Shown: one piece after another, positions 25,761 through 35,231 of the stretch
Layout of the letters: each line of letters begins with the position of its first letter
Position numbering within the stretch: position 1 is the first letter of the stretch
IMG/VR virus record: IMGVR_UViG_3300025383_001098
Source: a virus
DNA: 64,000 nt
Direction: 5' to 3' (one strand)
Program-made: the position numbers and the translations under genes
Notes under the pieces: model-generated
Told to the model about the DNA's origin: nothing
What the model saw: only the letters and a program-made list of their open reading frames with translations
The model's database searches: none

Positions 25761-25817
25761 GGTTGACCCATAATTCGGTATTTGCTATAATATTACATAT
25801 AGTTAGAAATTAGGAGC
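25761..25817 (+). repeat. 57-bp early promoter plus RBS cassette, copy 2
   Basis: Identical to 15412-15468. Confidence 0.9.
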
Positions 25818-25821
25818 TAAA

Positions 25822-26130
25822 ATGAAATTAGAAATTGGAAACAGTATTACTTGGGTTAGTGCCGCTGGTAAATTGCATGGTACAATTAAGAACATTGTTT
25901 TGGCTAAAAACGCCGCCGATAAAGTTGTGCCTTGGATTGATATTGTCTATGGCGATAACCGTGGTACTCGTTTATGTGCTACCGACAGCAATCTCAAAAT
26001 GATGAAGGTTGCCTACGATACCGAGGAAATGGTTGAGCGTGTCAATTTGATGACTGGCAAAAAATATATGGAAAAGAAAGGCACTCCTTTGTTTATGTCG
26101 CCAAGTTCGGAAACTTATTGGTCAATGTAA
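25822..26130 (+). CDS. Hypothetical early protein
   Basis: AGGAG SD; C-terminal NLMTGK...TP..MSPSSETYWSM motif. Confidence 0.75.
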   Translation: MKLEIGNSITWVSAAGKLHGTIKNIVLAKNAADKVVPWIDIVYGDNRGTRLCATDSNLKMMKVAYDTEEMVERVNLMTGKKYMEKKGTPLFMSPSSETYWSM

Positions 26131-26138
26131 GATTTTGG

Positions 26139-26167
26139 TTGACCCAAAATTCATCTTTTGCTATAAT
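26139..26167 (+). promoter_or_regulatory. Sigma70 early promoter (diverged third cassette copy)
   Basis: TTGACC-17-TATAAT followed by ATTACATATAGTTA as in the other copies. Confidence 0.8.
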
Positions 26168-26198
26168 ATTACATATAGTTAAACTTTAGGAGCTCGCA

Positions 26199-26549
26199 AT
26201 GACAACAGAAATTAATAACATCATTCAAGTAAACACTATCGTAAACGAAGCTAAACAGGCCGCTCGCGAAGCCGCTGAAAAGTTCTTCCAAGAAAAATTA
26301 GGTGGTAAAGATCAGTACTCATGTGGTTTTGCCTGGGTTGATATCTACGGTGTCAAAGGCAATACTCGATTGGGCAAAGCATTCAAGGCCGCTGGTATTC
26401 GCAAGTCTTATACTGGCAGTTATCAAATTTGGAATCCAGCAGGCTTAGGTGTACAGAACATTGACACCCTTGAAGCAGGTGCAGAAGCGGCTGCCAAGGT
26501 TTTTGAGAAGTATGGTTTCCGTGCATACGCAGGATCACGTTTAGACTAA
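26199..26549 (+). CDS. Conserved phage hypothetical protein
   Basis: CGFAWV...Q....EAGA.A.A.V....G..AYA.SRLD. Confidence 0.75.
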   Translation: MTTEINNIIQVNTIVNEAKQAAREAAEKFFQEKLGGKDQYSCGFAWVDIYGVKGNTRLGKAFKAAGIRKSYTGSYQIWNPAGLGVQNIDTLEAGAEAAAKVFEKYGFRAYAGSRLD

Positions 26550-26550
26550 T

Positions 26551-26901
26551 ATGAAGTTATTTGTAGAAACAACCAAGTGGGCTGGTGACTTTCCTAACCA
26601 TGCATACTATCTAAGCGACGACAAGAGCAAGATGTATGCATACGTTAAGGAAAATACTCAAGAGGTCATTACGTTCAAAAAGCCCTATCGATTTGATGCA
26701 CGTCATCGTACCTTTTTGGTAGTACCCAAAAACGTGTTTGGTTATACCAAACCCGAAGAGGACAAAAAGGTTGAATCCTGGGAAGTTGAGGGTTCTAAAG
26801 GCACAAAATATCTTGTAGAGAAAATAGAAGGTGTGTTAAAATGTAGTTGTCCGGGATTCACATATCGTGGAGACTGTAGACATATTAAAGAGGTAAAATA
26901 A
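26551..26901 (+). CDS. SWIM zinc-finger protein
   Basis: GSKGTKY.V...CSCPGF..R.DCRHI. Confidence 0.75.
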   Translation: MKLFVETTKWAGDFPNHAYYLSDDKSKMYAYVKENTQEVITFKKPYRFDARHRTFLVVPKNVFGYTKPEEDKKVESWEVEGSKGTKYLVEKIEGVLKCSCPGFTYRGDCRHIKEVK

Positions 26902-27116
26902 TGGAAAAACTTTGGGTTTCGTTTGGTGCATTACTGGCTATTGTAGGTTTGGTGATAGCACTTGGTCTTATTACCAGCTTTCCTGTCATGTTGCTATGGA
27001 ACGGCTGTTTAGTAGATGCTGTAGCGGGCATACGTGAAATTACCTGGCTACAGGCCTGGGGATTGACAGTACTGTGTGGCATCTTGTTTAAAACTACAGT
27101 AACAACCAAAGACTAA
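26901..27116 (+). CDS. Small membrane protein
   Basis: Two hydrophobic helices; GAGG SD. Confidence 0.7.
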   Translation: MEKLWVSFGALLAIVGLVIALGLITSFPVMLLWNGCLVDAVAGIREITWLQAWGLTVLCGILFKTTVTTKD

Positions 27117-27125
27117 GGAGCGTCT

Positions 27126-27761
27126 ATGCCAAATTGGTGCGGTAATACCTTAACATTAACTCACAGTGATCCTGAGATGATTCGGCGTGCCAAGGCCGCT
27201 TTTGCCAATGGTGAGTTTCTCAATGAGTTTGTTCCTGTGCCCAAGGACCTGCAGATTGTAGCAGGCACCGTTGGTGATCCAGACGAGCAAGCTCGCCTTG
27301 AAGCACAAGAAAAGTACAATCGTGCTACACATGGTTATGCCAATTGGTATGACTTCTGTGTTAATGAGTGGGGTACTAAGTGGGACGTGGGCGATGGCAA
27401 CGGAATTCAGACCTGGGATGATCACGAACTTGTTGTTTACTTTGACTCGGCTTGGTCGCCACCTATTCGAGCTTATGAAAAATTAGAAGACCTGGGTTTT
27501 ACAGTTTACGCTACTTACTACGAACCTGGAATGTCCTATGCTGGCATTTATGACGAACACGGTGATACCTACTATGATCTGTCGGACATGGATTCAGGAG
27601 ATGTACAACAGCAGTTGCCACAGGAACTTGATGACGCATTTGGTATTTCGGAGTCAATGGCCGAGTACGAAGCTGAAAACGAAGACGAAGTTACCACCTG
27701 GTATAAAGAGGGTGTAGAAGAAACAGGTCTTACACCGCACGAAAAACCCAATGCTAAATGA
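27126..27761 (+). CDS. YubB/DUF1281 ferredoxin-like domain protein
   Basis: MPNWC.N.L, WY....WGTKWD, FDSAWSPP, YYEPG. Confidence 0.75.
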   Translation: MPNWCGNTLTLTHSDPEMIRRAKAAFANGEFLNEFVPVPKDLQIVAGTVGDPDEQARLEAQEKYNRATHGYANWYDFCVNEWGTKWDVGDGNGIQTWDDHELVVYFDSAWSPPIRAYEKLEDLGFTVYATYYEPGMSYAGIYDEHGDTYYDLSDMDSGDVQQQLPQELDDAFGISESMAEYEAENEDEVTTWYKEGVEETGLTPHEKPNAK

Positions 27762-27933
27762 TATTTGTTGGGTGCCTTTTGTAGGATTTGCTTTAGCCAT
27801 GTTGCTATTTTTTGGATTTTTTGTTACAATGTTTATAGCAGGTATTATAGATCTGTACCATGAGCGTAAGAATCGGGTATGGAATGAATTGAAACGTAAC
27901 CCGAACGACATACGTCGACCAGCAGCAAAGTAA
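27751..27933 (+). CDS. Small membrane protein
   Basis: One long hydrophobic helix and a basic tail. Confidence 0.55.
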   Translation: MLNDICWVPFVGFALAMLLFFGFFVTMFIAGIIDLYHERKNRVWNELKRNPNDIRRPAAK

Positions 27934-27940
27934 GGAAAAT

Positions 27941-29257
27941 ATGTTAAAACCTTGGGAAGTAATTAGAGAATTAGAAACAGATAATAGTCGCTTGTTCAAA
28001 GAGGCTGTGATTCTTCGTGAAGCCACAGCAGGCAACGATGAATTTTTTCGAGGTATTCGTTATGCTTTGGATTCAATGATTACCTTTGGTGTTCGACAAG
28101 TTGAAGAAAAGACTGGTGTTGGTCGAGGATTAAATCCCGATACGTTTTGGCGTACTGTTGAGCAGTTAGCACGTCGCGAACTCACAGGCACAGCCGCACA
28201 AGTTGCTATTAATCATATGCGTATGAATGCACAAGAAGAAGAATGGAATGGATGGTACCGCCGTATTCTTATCAAAGACCTACGCTGTGGAGTTAGTGAA
28301 AAGACTGTTAATAAACAAGTAGAAAAAGTCAATGACCAGTACATTGTGCCGGTGTTTAGTTGCCAGCTGGCCCACGATAGTGCTAATCATGAAACAAAGG
28401 TTAGTGGTAAAAAACTTATTGAAGTTAAATTAGATGGTGTTCGTGTTATTACTATTGTCTATCCGAGTGGTCATGTAGACCAGTACAGTCGTAACGGAAA
28501 AGAACTGGTAAATTTTCCGCATATAGTAAAACAATTTGTTAAACACGCCAAACTATTACGTGAGCCCATGGTGTTCGATGGCGAAGTTATGTCAAGCAGT
28601 TTTCAAGACTTAATGAAACAGGTGCATCGTAAAAGTGATGTTGAAAGTTCAGATGCTGTATTAAACTTGTTTGACATGATTACTTTAGATGAATTTAGAG
28701 CTGGTGCAAGCGTAGTCAACCAAGCGACTCGTAGTCAACGACTCAGTGGGTGGTTGACTCCTCTCAAAGAGCACATGCCTAATGTTACCATGGTTGGACA
28801 AGAATTAGTAGACTTAGGAACCGACGAAGGACAAGCACGTTTTCGAGAAATTAATAGTCAGGCAGTTGCTGGTGGCTATGAAGGTATCATGATTAAGGAT
28901 CCAGCAGCTGGTTATGAATGTAAGCGTAGTGTTGCTTGGTTAAAACTCAAACCCTTTATTGAAGTTAGTTTAACAGTAGTAGCATTAGAAGAAGGTACAG
29001 GAAAAAATGCAGGAAAACTTGGTGCTTTGGTGTGCGAAGGCAACGATGATGGTAAATTTATTCGGGTCAACGTTGGTAGTGGCCTTACAGATGCCCTTCG
29101 TGAAGATATATGGTCTGACCAAACGGCTGTTATGGGACAGGTGGTTGAGATCCGAGCAGATGCGGCGACTCGGAATCAAGATAGCGAGGACACGTATTCC
29201 CTCCGGTTCCCTCGCTTTTTACGCTTCCGCGGATTCGAAGCTGGTACAAAGATTTAA
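27941..29257 (+). CDS. ATP-dependent DNA ligase
   Basis: KLDGVR (motif I), FDGE, EGIMIK, WLKLKP, VGSG, SLRFPRF. Confidence 0.95.
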   Translation: MLKPWEVIRELETDNSRLFKEAVILREATAGNDEFFRGIRYALDSMITFGVRQVEEKTGVGRGLNPDTFWRTVEQLARRELTGTAAQVAINHMRMNAQEEEWNGWYRRILIKDLRCGVSEKTVNKQVEKVNDQYIVPVFSCQLAHDSANHETKVSGKKLIEVKLDGVRVITIVYPSGHVDQYSRNGKELVNFPHIVKQFVKHAKLLREPMVFDGEVMSSSFQDLMKQVHRKSDVESSDAVLNLFDMITLDEFRAGASVVNQATRSQRLSGWLTPLKEHMPNVTMVGQELVDLGTDEGQARFREINSQAVAGGYEGIMIKDPAAGYECKRSVAWLKLKPFIEVSLTVVALEEGTGKNAGKLGALVCEGNDDGKFIRVNVGSGLTDALREDIWSDQTAVMGQVVEIRADAATRNQDSEDTYSLRFPRFLRFRGFEAGTKI

Positions 29258-29267
29258 GGAGATGTCA

Positions 29268-29498
29268 ATGACCGAAGAGGATATTAAAAATGTAATGTAT
29301 GGTAGCATCAGAGAATTGATGCGTAACCGCAAATATTATTATTCGGGTTACCATAGTCATTTTACCGAAGAAGGTAAAGCAGTAATTAATGATATGTTAG
29401 ACATGTACGGAGAAAAGATTCAATCGGCAGTTAAAACCGAAGACGAACAACGTGCCAAAGACATGGTGTTTAACTCACTCAAACAGGAAACAAAATGA
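29268..29498 (+). CDS. Hypothetical protein
   Basis: AAGGAG SD before ATG 29268. Confidence 0.7.
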   Translation: MTEEDIKNVMYGSIRELMRNRKYYYSGYHSHFTEEGKAVINDMLDMYGEKIQSAVKTEDEQRAKDMVFNSLKQETK

Positions 29499-29710
29499 CC
29501 CAAAAATTTGAAATAGATTGGGACACAGCCGATCGTATTACAGCACAGGCCCTGCGTAGCCATTATGCTATGACTAAAGAATCTTTAGAAAAACATTTGG
29601 CAGATCCTGACAATAACTGGATGCACGTAGAAGATGTAGGCCGTTACACAAAGTTAATTCGATCAATGAAAGACGTATTGGAATATTATGGCGAAACAAA
29701 CCTGGACTAA
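29495..29710 (+). CDS. Hypothetical protein
   Basis: ATGA overlap; AGGA SD. Confidence 0.7.
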   Translation: MTQKFEIDWDTADRITAQALRSHYAMTKESLEKHLADPDNNWMHVEDVGRYTKLIRSMKDVLEYYGETNLD

Positions 29711-29864
29711 AACTGTCGAAGTAGATCCTGATACCGGTGACTACTATATTGACGTTAAGGAAGCCTGCGAACATTTAGGATGGCAGGCCGGCGATGTTGT
29801 TGAGTGGACCGATAACAAAGATGGTACTTGGACCATAACGAAAAAAGAAATTCAAAAAGATTGA
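29688..29864 (+). CDS. AbrB/MazE/SpoVT-like small DNA-binding protein (58 aa)
   Basis: EVDPDTGD....LGWQAGDVVEW.D..DG..TITK; read by hand. Confidence 0.65.
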   Translation: MAKQTWTKTVEVDPDTGDYYIDVKEACEHLGWQAGDVVEWTDNKDGTWTITKKEIQKD

Positions 29865-29889
29865 CACAGTAGTTAAACTATCATATAAT
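29861..29889 (+). promoter_or_regulatory. Sigma70 promoter, perfect consensus
   Basis: TTGACA-17-TATAAT. Confidence 0.85.
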
Positions 29890-29911
29890 GAACAAATAAA
29901 CGGGTGAAATT

Positions 29912-31246
29912 ATGGCAAATACCAAACCAGAAGTAACAGCAGAAGAACTAATTGAAATTATCAAATTCACACCTCGCACTTACAAGATTAGTATGTGGGG
30001 CTATGGTGGCGAAAAAGTCATGGGCACAGTACCTCGAGACTCTTGGGACTACTGTATGGAACACCAAGTTGACTTGTCGGACATTGCCTGGTCGGACGAA
30101 GATACTGTTAGAGATGACATGGGACTTGACCCAGAACGGTTACCATTTCCTCCTGGATCCTGGTACGAGTGTGATGATTTAGCACATGTTAATGGTGTAA
30201 GTCGCACAGCAGGTACACTACAGATTGAAGATGAAAATGATGAAGTAGTATACGAAAGATCATTAGATGACATTACAGGTTCTGCAGATGACGAACCCGA
30301 ATGGTGTTGCAATGACGAAGTTTGGATCGGTCAAGAAGAAGCAGGCAAGGTTGTATTTGTTGGATCCAGTAACGAAAAAGGCACATTCTTTGAAGGTGAA
30401 ATTGAACTCACACAACCGTTTGATATTACTAAATTAACACTTAGCTACGATGAAGTAGATGGTGAAGAAATCGTCAACGGAGTTCAATATGATGGTGAAG
30501 ACATTGACAACTGGGGTGGTAGTACTGATGGTAAGAGTTCAGACTTTACCATGGCCCTGGTTGGCGAAGATGGTGAATGGGAACGTTACGAGCCAGAAGA
30601 TAAAGATTGGGGTCATCCCGAATATGGCACAAGCCCAGAGTCCTGGGAACGGACTGTGGACTTCGACTTTGCTAAACAAAAGCCTACGATTCCTGGATAC
30701 TACAATGCTACTTGGAGCCACTTTGGTACTACTTACGGTAGCTTATATTGGGACGGCGAAAACTTTGGCGAGTGGGAATACGGTAAGTTCAATGCTATCA
30801 GTGGTGTAAAAACTTGGTCAGGGTTTAACTGGGATACCAGTTCGTGGGCCAATCGTCCGCCAGAGCCACCTGATGTTATTTGTGACAACAAAAAGTGTGG
30901 CTGGGTAGGTGCAAGTTCAGATCGAGTTACAGATGATGAATTTAATGATCATTGCCCTGAGTGTAATGGTACAGAATTTTCGTGGATTGACTACGACGCT
31001 AATACTAAAGTGGGTCGTAAGAATCGTGAAAAGTATTGCCGCACTCATGGCGATGTTGCAGACTTAGAAGCCGCACTGGAAGAACTTAAAGCGGAATTCG
31101 AAGCACTCTGTGAAGAAGAACCTGAAGCACAATGTGAGTGTGTACAATGTTCATGGAAGGGTTTCATTGAAGACTTAGCCTACCCAGATGATGGTAAAGG
31201 TGATGGTGTGTGTCCTGCTTGTGGTGAACCAGTAGAGTTGTTGTGA
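29912..31246 (+). CDS. Acidic hypothetical protein with two C-terminal Zn-ribbons
   Basis: CDNKKCGW...CPEC and CVQCSW...CPAC. Confidence 0.7.
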   Translation: MANTKPEVTAEELIEIIKFTPRTYKISMWGYGGEKVMGTVPRDSWDYCMEHQVDLSDIAWSDEDTVRDDMGLDPERLPFPPGSWYECDDLAHVNGVSRTAGTLQIEDENDEVVYERSLDDITGSADDEPEWCCNDEVWIGQEEAGKVVFVGSSNEKGTFFEGEIELTQPFDITKLTLSYDEVDGEEIVNGVQYDGEDIDNWGGSTDGKSSDFTMALVGEDGEWERYEPEDKDWGHPEYGTSPESWERTVDFDFAKQKPTIPGYYNATWSHFGTTYGSLYWDGENFGEWEYGKFNAISGVKTWSGFNWDTSSWANRPPEPPDVICDNKKCGWVGASSDRVTDDEFNDHCPECNGTEFSWIDYDANTKVGRKNREKYCRTHGDVADLEAALEELKAEFEALCEEEPEAQCECVQCSWKGFIEDLAYPDDGKGDGVCPACGEPVELL

Positions 31247-31425
31247 CAGCACTGGCTGTAACTAATTGGTTTAATCGTAGATACAAGCCACGATACGATG
31301 GCTTGTACGAAGTACGTACCGAGCATTGGCCATGGCCATTCTTTTGTGAATGGAACCAGACTCACAAATGGAACTCACCGGTGAAAATCAAACAGTGGCG
31401 TGGGTTAGCAAAGGAATCAAAATGA
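31243..31425 (+). CDS. Small Trp-rich hypothetical protein
   Basis: GTGA overlap; W....KP...G.YEV...W.....W...QWRGL. Confidence 0.6.
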   Translation: MTALAVTNWFNRRYKPRYDGLYEVRTEHWPWPFFCEWNQTHKWNSPVKIKQWRGLAKESK

Positions 31426-31607
31426 AAGATAAATTGATTTTTGTATCAGTATTTTTGTCTATTGCAGTAATGTCGACTATTTTTGCTTTGGTATTGCCCA
31501 AGCATGGTGAAGTAGTGTATAATTGTAGCATCGCAGAAATTAGCCCCGACATTCCGGTTGAGGTTAAAGAACAATGTCGTAAACTTAGAATGGAACAGGT
31601 AAAATAA
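31422..31607 (+). CDS. Small membrane protein
   Basis: AAGGA SD; TM helix and YNC..AEISPD.P..VK..CR. Confidence 0.65.
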   Translation: MKDKLIFVSVFLSIAVMSTIFALVLPKHGEVVYNCSIAEISPDIPVEVKEQCRKLRMEQVK

Positions 31608-31768
31608 TGGGATATGATCCACGTGCAGTAAAAGTACCAAAGTCGGTTAAACGATTAGCCGCAACAATCACAGATAAAAGTCAGCGTCGTAGTCTTATTA
31701 AAAGCTATGCCAATGCTATCCGTGTAAATCAAAGCTATCGCCCAAGCAAGGCCACTAAAGCTGAGTAA
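31607..31768 (+). CDS. Small basic protein (53 aa)
   Basis: TAATG coupling on both sides; read by hand. Confidence 0.6.
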   Translation: MGYDPRAVKVPKSVKRLAATITDKSQRRSLIKSYANAIRVNQSYRPSKATKAE

Positions 31769-32370
31769 TGGGCCGTGTATTTGAACGTGCCGAAGCTTAC
31801 TTAGATCAACTTGTTCCCTATGGAGAATTTGTTGAAATAGGCACCAGTCGCAATGGCGATGATGGCAGTACTCGTACTATTTCCCAATGGCCAAGCCACT
31901 CACACTTATTCACAGTGGATATAGATCCCGCAAACTGTGAATTGGTCCAAGGCTGGAATTTGCCCAACACCACAGTGATCAATTCTACTGGCGAAGATTA
32001 TCTCCGTCATAGAATTTATGGTATGCGTCCCATTACACTCTTGTATTTGGATAACTTTGATTGGGATTGGCATCCAGAACACACAGAAAGTTTCGTTCAA
32101 GAACAACAACAACGATACCAAGAACTTGGTCTTACTATGACCAATGTCAACAGCCAAGCGGCGCATTTACAACAGATGATATGGGCATTACCCCATATGG
32201 CAGAAACATCACTTGTGATCTGCGACGATACATGGTATAATAAATGGTGGGGACACTACAGTGGCAAAAGTGGTGCTGTAGTTCCTTACTTGATATCACA
32301 AGGGTTTCAAGTTCTTTATACCGAAGAACAACCCGTTTATGGAACCATCTTAGGAAGAAACATCAAATGA
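31768..32370 (+). CDS. Class I SAM-dependent methyltransferase-like protein
   Basis: FVEIGT, TVDID, LLYLD, VICDD. Confidence 0.72.
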   Translation: MGRVFERAEAYLDQLVPYGEFVEIGTSRNGDDGSTRTISQWPSHSHLFTVDIDPANCELVQGWNLPNTTVINSTGEDYLRHRIYGMRPITLLYLDNFDWDWHPEHTESFVQEQQQRYQELGLTMTNVNSQAAHLQQMIWALPHMAETSLVICDDTWYNKWWGHYSGKSGAVVPYLISQGFQVLYTEEQPVYGTILGRNIK

Positions 32371-32642
32371 ACATTACAGAATTAGCTACAGCAGAAGAAC
32401 GTAACCAGTATCTACGCAACTTACTCTGGACAAATGATTGCGAAATTACTTTTACCAAAGTCAACGGCGAGTTGCGTACCATGCCTTGTACACTAAGAGC
32501 CGAAGCCATGCCCAAGCGTGAAGCAGATACTCTACACGAAACTCGTTTGTATAAACCCGAAACTCTCAGCGTGTTCTGCTTAGATAAAAACGAGTGGCGT
32601 AGTTTTCGTGTTATGAATGTAACTGAGGTTCGCGTGTTGTAG
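32367..32642 (+). CDS. WYL-like / Sm-SH3-fold protein
   Basis: ITFTKVNGELRTM.CTL...VF.LDK.EWRSFR. Confidence 0.7.
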   Translation: MNITELATAEERNQYLRNLLWTNDCEITFTKVNGELRTMPCTLRAEAMPKREADTLHETRLYKPETLSVFCLDKNEWRSFRVMNVTEVRVL

Positions 32643-32643
32643 T

Positions 32644-33021
32644 ATGGAATACGATATGTATCAAGACATGCAGGACTCAACTTGGTTCAAACATAAAGTC
32701 CGAACCAGTGATAGCTATGCCCAAAACTTATATGCCGCATTGTGCAATATGCAATGGCAAAAGTTAGATGTAATGCCGATACTTAAAGATGAGTATTGGC
32801 ATTGTAGTTGGCGTAGTGCTGGCGGTATTGTTGCTGACCTGCGATGCGAGGGCGACTATATGGATTGGTATTGTAGTGGTATACAGGATTTTGGCACTGA
32901 TGAAGCCGATCCCAGATTCAATGGTGGCGGGCATGTGGCCGAAGGCCATGTGACCGAGGAGATCAAGCATGACCTTGGTTTGCTTGGATGGAAACCCGTG
33001 CCATATGAAAAGGACGAATAG
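32644..33021 (+). CDS. Conserved phage protein, paralog 1
   Basis: YAQNLYAALCN, CSWR, YMDWYCSG; similar to 33454..33828. Confidence 0.75.
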   Translation: MEYDMYQDMQDSTWFKHKVRTSDSYAQNLYAALCNMQWQKLDVMPILKDEYWHCSWRSAGGIVADLRCEGDYMDWYCSGIQDFGTDEADPRFNGGGHVAEGHVTEEIKHDLGLLGWKPVPYEKDE

Positions 33022-33117
33022 TCAACTGAAATGGTTAAACTAATCGTTGCAATATTCCAAAAGTTAGTGCATAATAACATCAGCTGACAAATTTCAGCAA
33101 ATATTAAGGAGAATTAA

Positions 33118-33384
33118 ATGTTTAATTTAGAAACTAAAACTGGTAAGGCTTTTAAAGCATTGGTACTCGAAGGTCAAACTTTGACTGCCTCAGAAGCACG
33201 TAAGCGTTTTGGCATTGGCAATTTAAGTGCTGAAGTATCACGTATCCGTCAAAGCGGTTTTGCTATCCATGCAAATGGTCGTAAAGCTGGCAATGGCGTT
33301 CATGTTACTGAGTATGTACATGGCAAGCCAAGCCGTAAGGTAATTGCTGCTGGTTACAAAGCATTGGCAGCTGGCTTAGTTTAA
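33118..33384 (+). CDS. Winged helix-turn-helix DNA-binding protein
   Basis: LTASEA.KRFGI.NLSA.VSRIR..G..I; AAGGAG SD; promoter TTGCAA(33047)-17-CATAAT. Confidence 0.7.
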   Translation: MFNLETKTGKAFKALVLEGQTLTASEARKRFGIGNLSAEVSRIRQSGFAIHANGRKAGNGVHVTEYVHGKPSRKVIAAGYKALAAGLV

Positions 33385-33402
33385 TCTAAACCAGTCTTAC
33401 CC

Positions 33403-33428
33403 AAAAGCACCGTTCGCGGTGCTTTTTT
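33403..33428 (+). terminator. Intrinsic terminator
   Basis: AAAAGCACCG-TTCG-CGGTGCTTTT. Confidence 0.88.
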
Positions 33429-33453
33429 CTTGGTTGTAGTAAATATGTAATAT

Positions 33454-33828
33454 ATGCCAAGAAAAGTGTTTAATTTAGAACGCGATTTACGCAGTACGGA
33501 TTGGATTATTTCAAAAGTCCGTGCCCATGAGATCTACGCTCAAAATTTATACGCCGCACTATGTAACAATGCCTATGCTCCAAGCGATGTTTGGGGTTTA
33601 CTAAGCAATATTACCTGGGACTGTACTTGGCGATATGCGGCTACCTTGGTCTCGGACATTCGCGAAGACGAAAGCTACATAGATTGGTACTGTTCAGGTA
33701 CCGGTTTTAAAGGTACAGACTTTACTGGTTTTGTAGAAGAAAGTTATGTTACCGAAGAAATAGAAAAGGATTTCAACACTATTGGATGGTTGCTAACAAC
33801 CAGAAGATATTACGAGTTTCCGGGTTAA
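33454..33828 (+). CDS. Conserved phage protein, paralog 2
   Basis: YAQNLYAALCN, CTWR, YIDWYCSG; GTAAATA late-like motif upstream. Confidence 0.75.
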   Translation: MPRKVFNLERDLRSTDWIISKVRAHEIYAQNLYAALCNNAYAPSDVWGLLSNITWDCTWRYAATLVSDIREDESYIDWYCSGTGFKGTDFTGFVEESYVTEEIEKDFNTIGWLLTTRRYYEFPG

Positions 33829-34032
33829 CTATGGATTATAGTAGCCGTTAACGAAATAATTTTTTTATTTCGTCTGGGCTAAATAAATTTGTAGTTCAAA
33901 TTATTGACATATATATTTTAGTATGTTAATATCAACCAGTAATTAACACATTACTAACTTTACGAAAATAACATTGAAGATAGTATGATACTATCGAATA
34001 TGCGAAAATAACATTTAAAAAGGAATTAAACA

Positions 34033-35211
34033 ATGAAGAAGTTATTACTTGCTCTTGGCTTAACCATGTCTATTGGTTTCGCGCAAGCTCAATCAAATGT
34101 TACCGTATACGGTATCTTGGACGTAGGATATGTTGGTAGTAGTCAACAACTTACTTCCACAGCAGGACAAGCCGCTACTAAAACCACAATCAATCAGTTT
34201 GGTCAATCAGCAGAACAAACTTCACGCTTTGGTTTTAAAGGCAACGAAGACCTTGGTGGTGGCACCAGTGCGTTCTTTACAACTGAGTTTCAGTTATATC
34301 CAGAAGACAATAATCTCTCTGGTAGTACAAATTCAGGTTTGTTGAACCGTCAAACTTTTGTTGGACTTAAACAAACAGGCATTGGCTCTTTTGCTGTTGG
34401 CCGTCAATATACTCCATTGTTTAATGCTGCGGCAGTGACAAGTCCTGGTGGATACAACAACGTTGTTGGTGACGTAGTTTATCTGGCCAGTGGTTCAGGT
34501 GCTGCAGGTACAAGTACAGCAACAACTATCACAGGTCAAGAAAACGGTCTTGGTTTTACCAACCGTGCTAACAATGCTATTACATTCCAAACAGATACTT
34601 TCAAAGGTTTTTCTGCTAACGGTATGTATCAGCTAAACAACAAGAACACAACACAGACTGGTGCAGCCGCTGGTGGCGAAACTAATCAATATGGTTATGG
34701 CTTGGCAGTTACTTATGTCTACGACAAATTGTTAATCAATGCCGCTAAACAATCATTCACACAATACACAACAGGTACAGCTGCATCATTCACTGATGTG
34801 AATACTGCTTCTTTTGTAAGTATCAAAGACAGTCAAAACTATGCTGGTGCTACTTATGACTTTGGTATTTTAAAAGCCTATGCTCAATATGTTAGCCGTA
34901 CTTTAACATCTACTTTAGATGGTAGTCAGTTTGGTAAACGTACAGCACAACAAATTGGTGTTCGTGGTTACTTTACACCAAAGATTGAAGGCTGGGCAAG
35001 CGTTGGTAACGGTAAATGGGACCAATACGGTTCAAATGCTGGTAGCGTTCCATTCACAGCTTATCAACTTGGTACTAACTACTGGTTAAGCAAGCGTACT
35101 AACTTGTATGCAATCTTTGGTAGTACACAATCGTCTGGCAATGCAGCAACTACTGCTGGTGCAGACAGTTCAAAAGATATGTATGCCGTAGGTATGCGTC
35201 ATACTTTCTAA
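34033..35211 (+). CDS. Gram-negative trimeric porin, betaproteobacterial type
   Basis: Signal peptide; SNVTVYGILDVG, SRFGFKG.EDLGGG, NRQTFVGL, LSKRTNLYA, terminal GMRHTF. Confidence 0.93.
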   Translation: MKKLLLALGLTMSIGFAQAQSNVTVYGILDVGYVGSSQQLTSTAGQAATKTTINQFGQSAEQTSRFGFKGNEDLGGGTSAFFTTEFQLYPEDNNLSGSTNSGLLNRQTFVGLKQTGIGSFAVGRQYTPLFNAAAVTSPGGYNNVVGDVVYLASGSGAAGTSTATTITGQENGLGFTNRANNAITFQTDTFKGFSANGMYQLNNKNTTQTGAAAGGETNQYGYGLAVTYVYDKLLINAAKQSFTQYTTGTAASFTDVNTASFVSIKDSQNYAGATYDFGILKAYAQYVSRTLTSTLDGSQFGKRTAQQIGVRGYFTPKIEGWASVGNGKWDQYGSNAGSVPFTAYQLGTNYWLSKRTNLYAIFGSTQSSGNAATTAGADSSKDMYAVGMRHTF

Positions 35212-35231
35212 TTTAATTTAGATTAAACACT

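Noticed and set aside
29007-29267. Long N-terminal extension of the ORF after the ligase (similarly 2191, 8437, 14555, 32244, 46365)
   Set aside because: These overlap the upstream gene or promoter; a downstream ATG with an SD, coupling or promoter fits better
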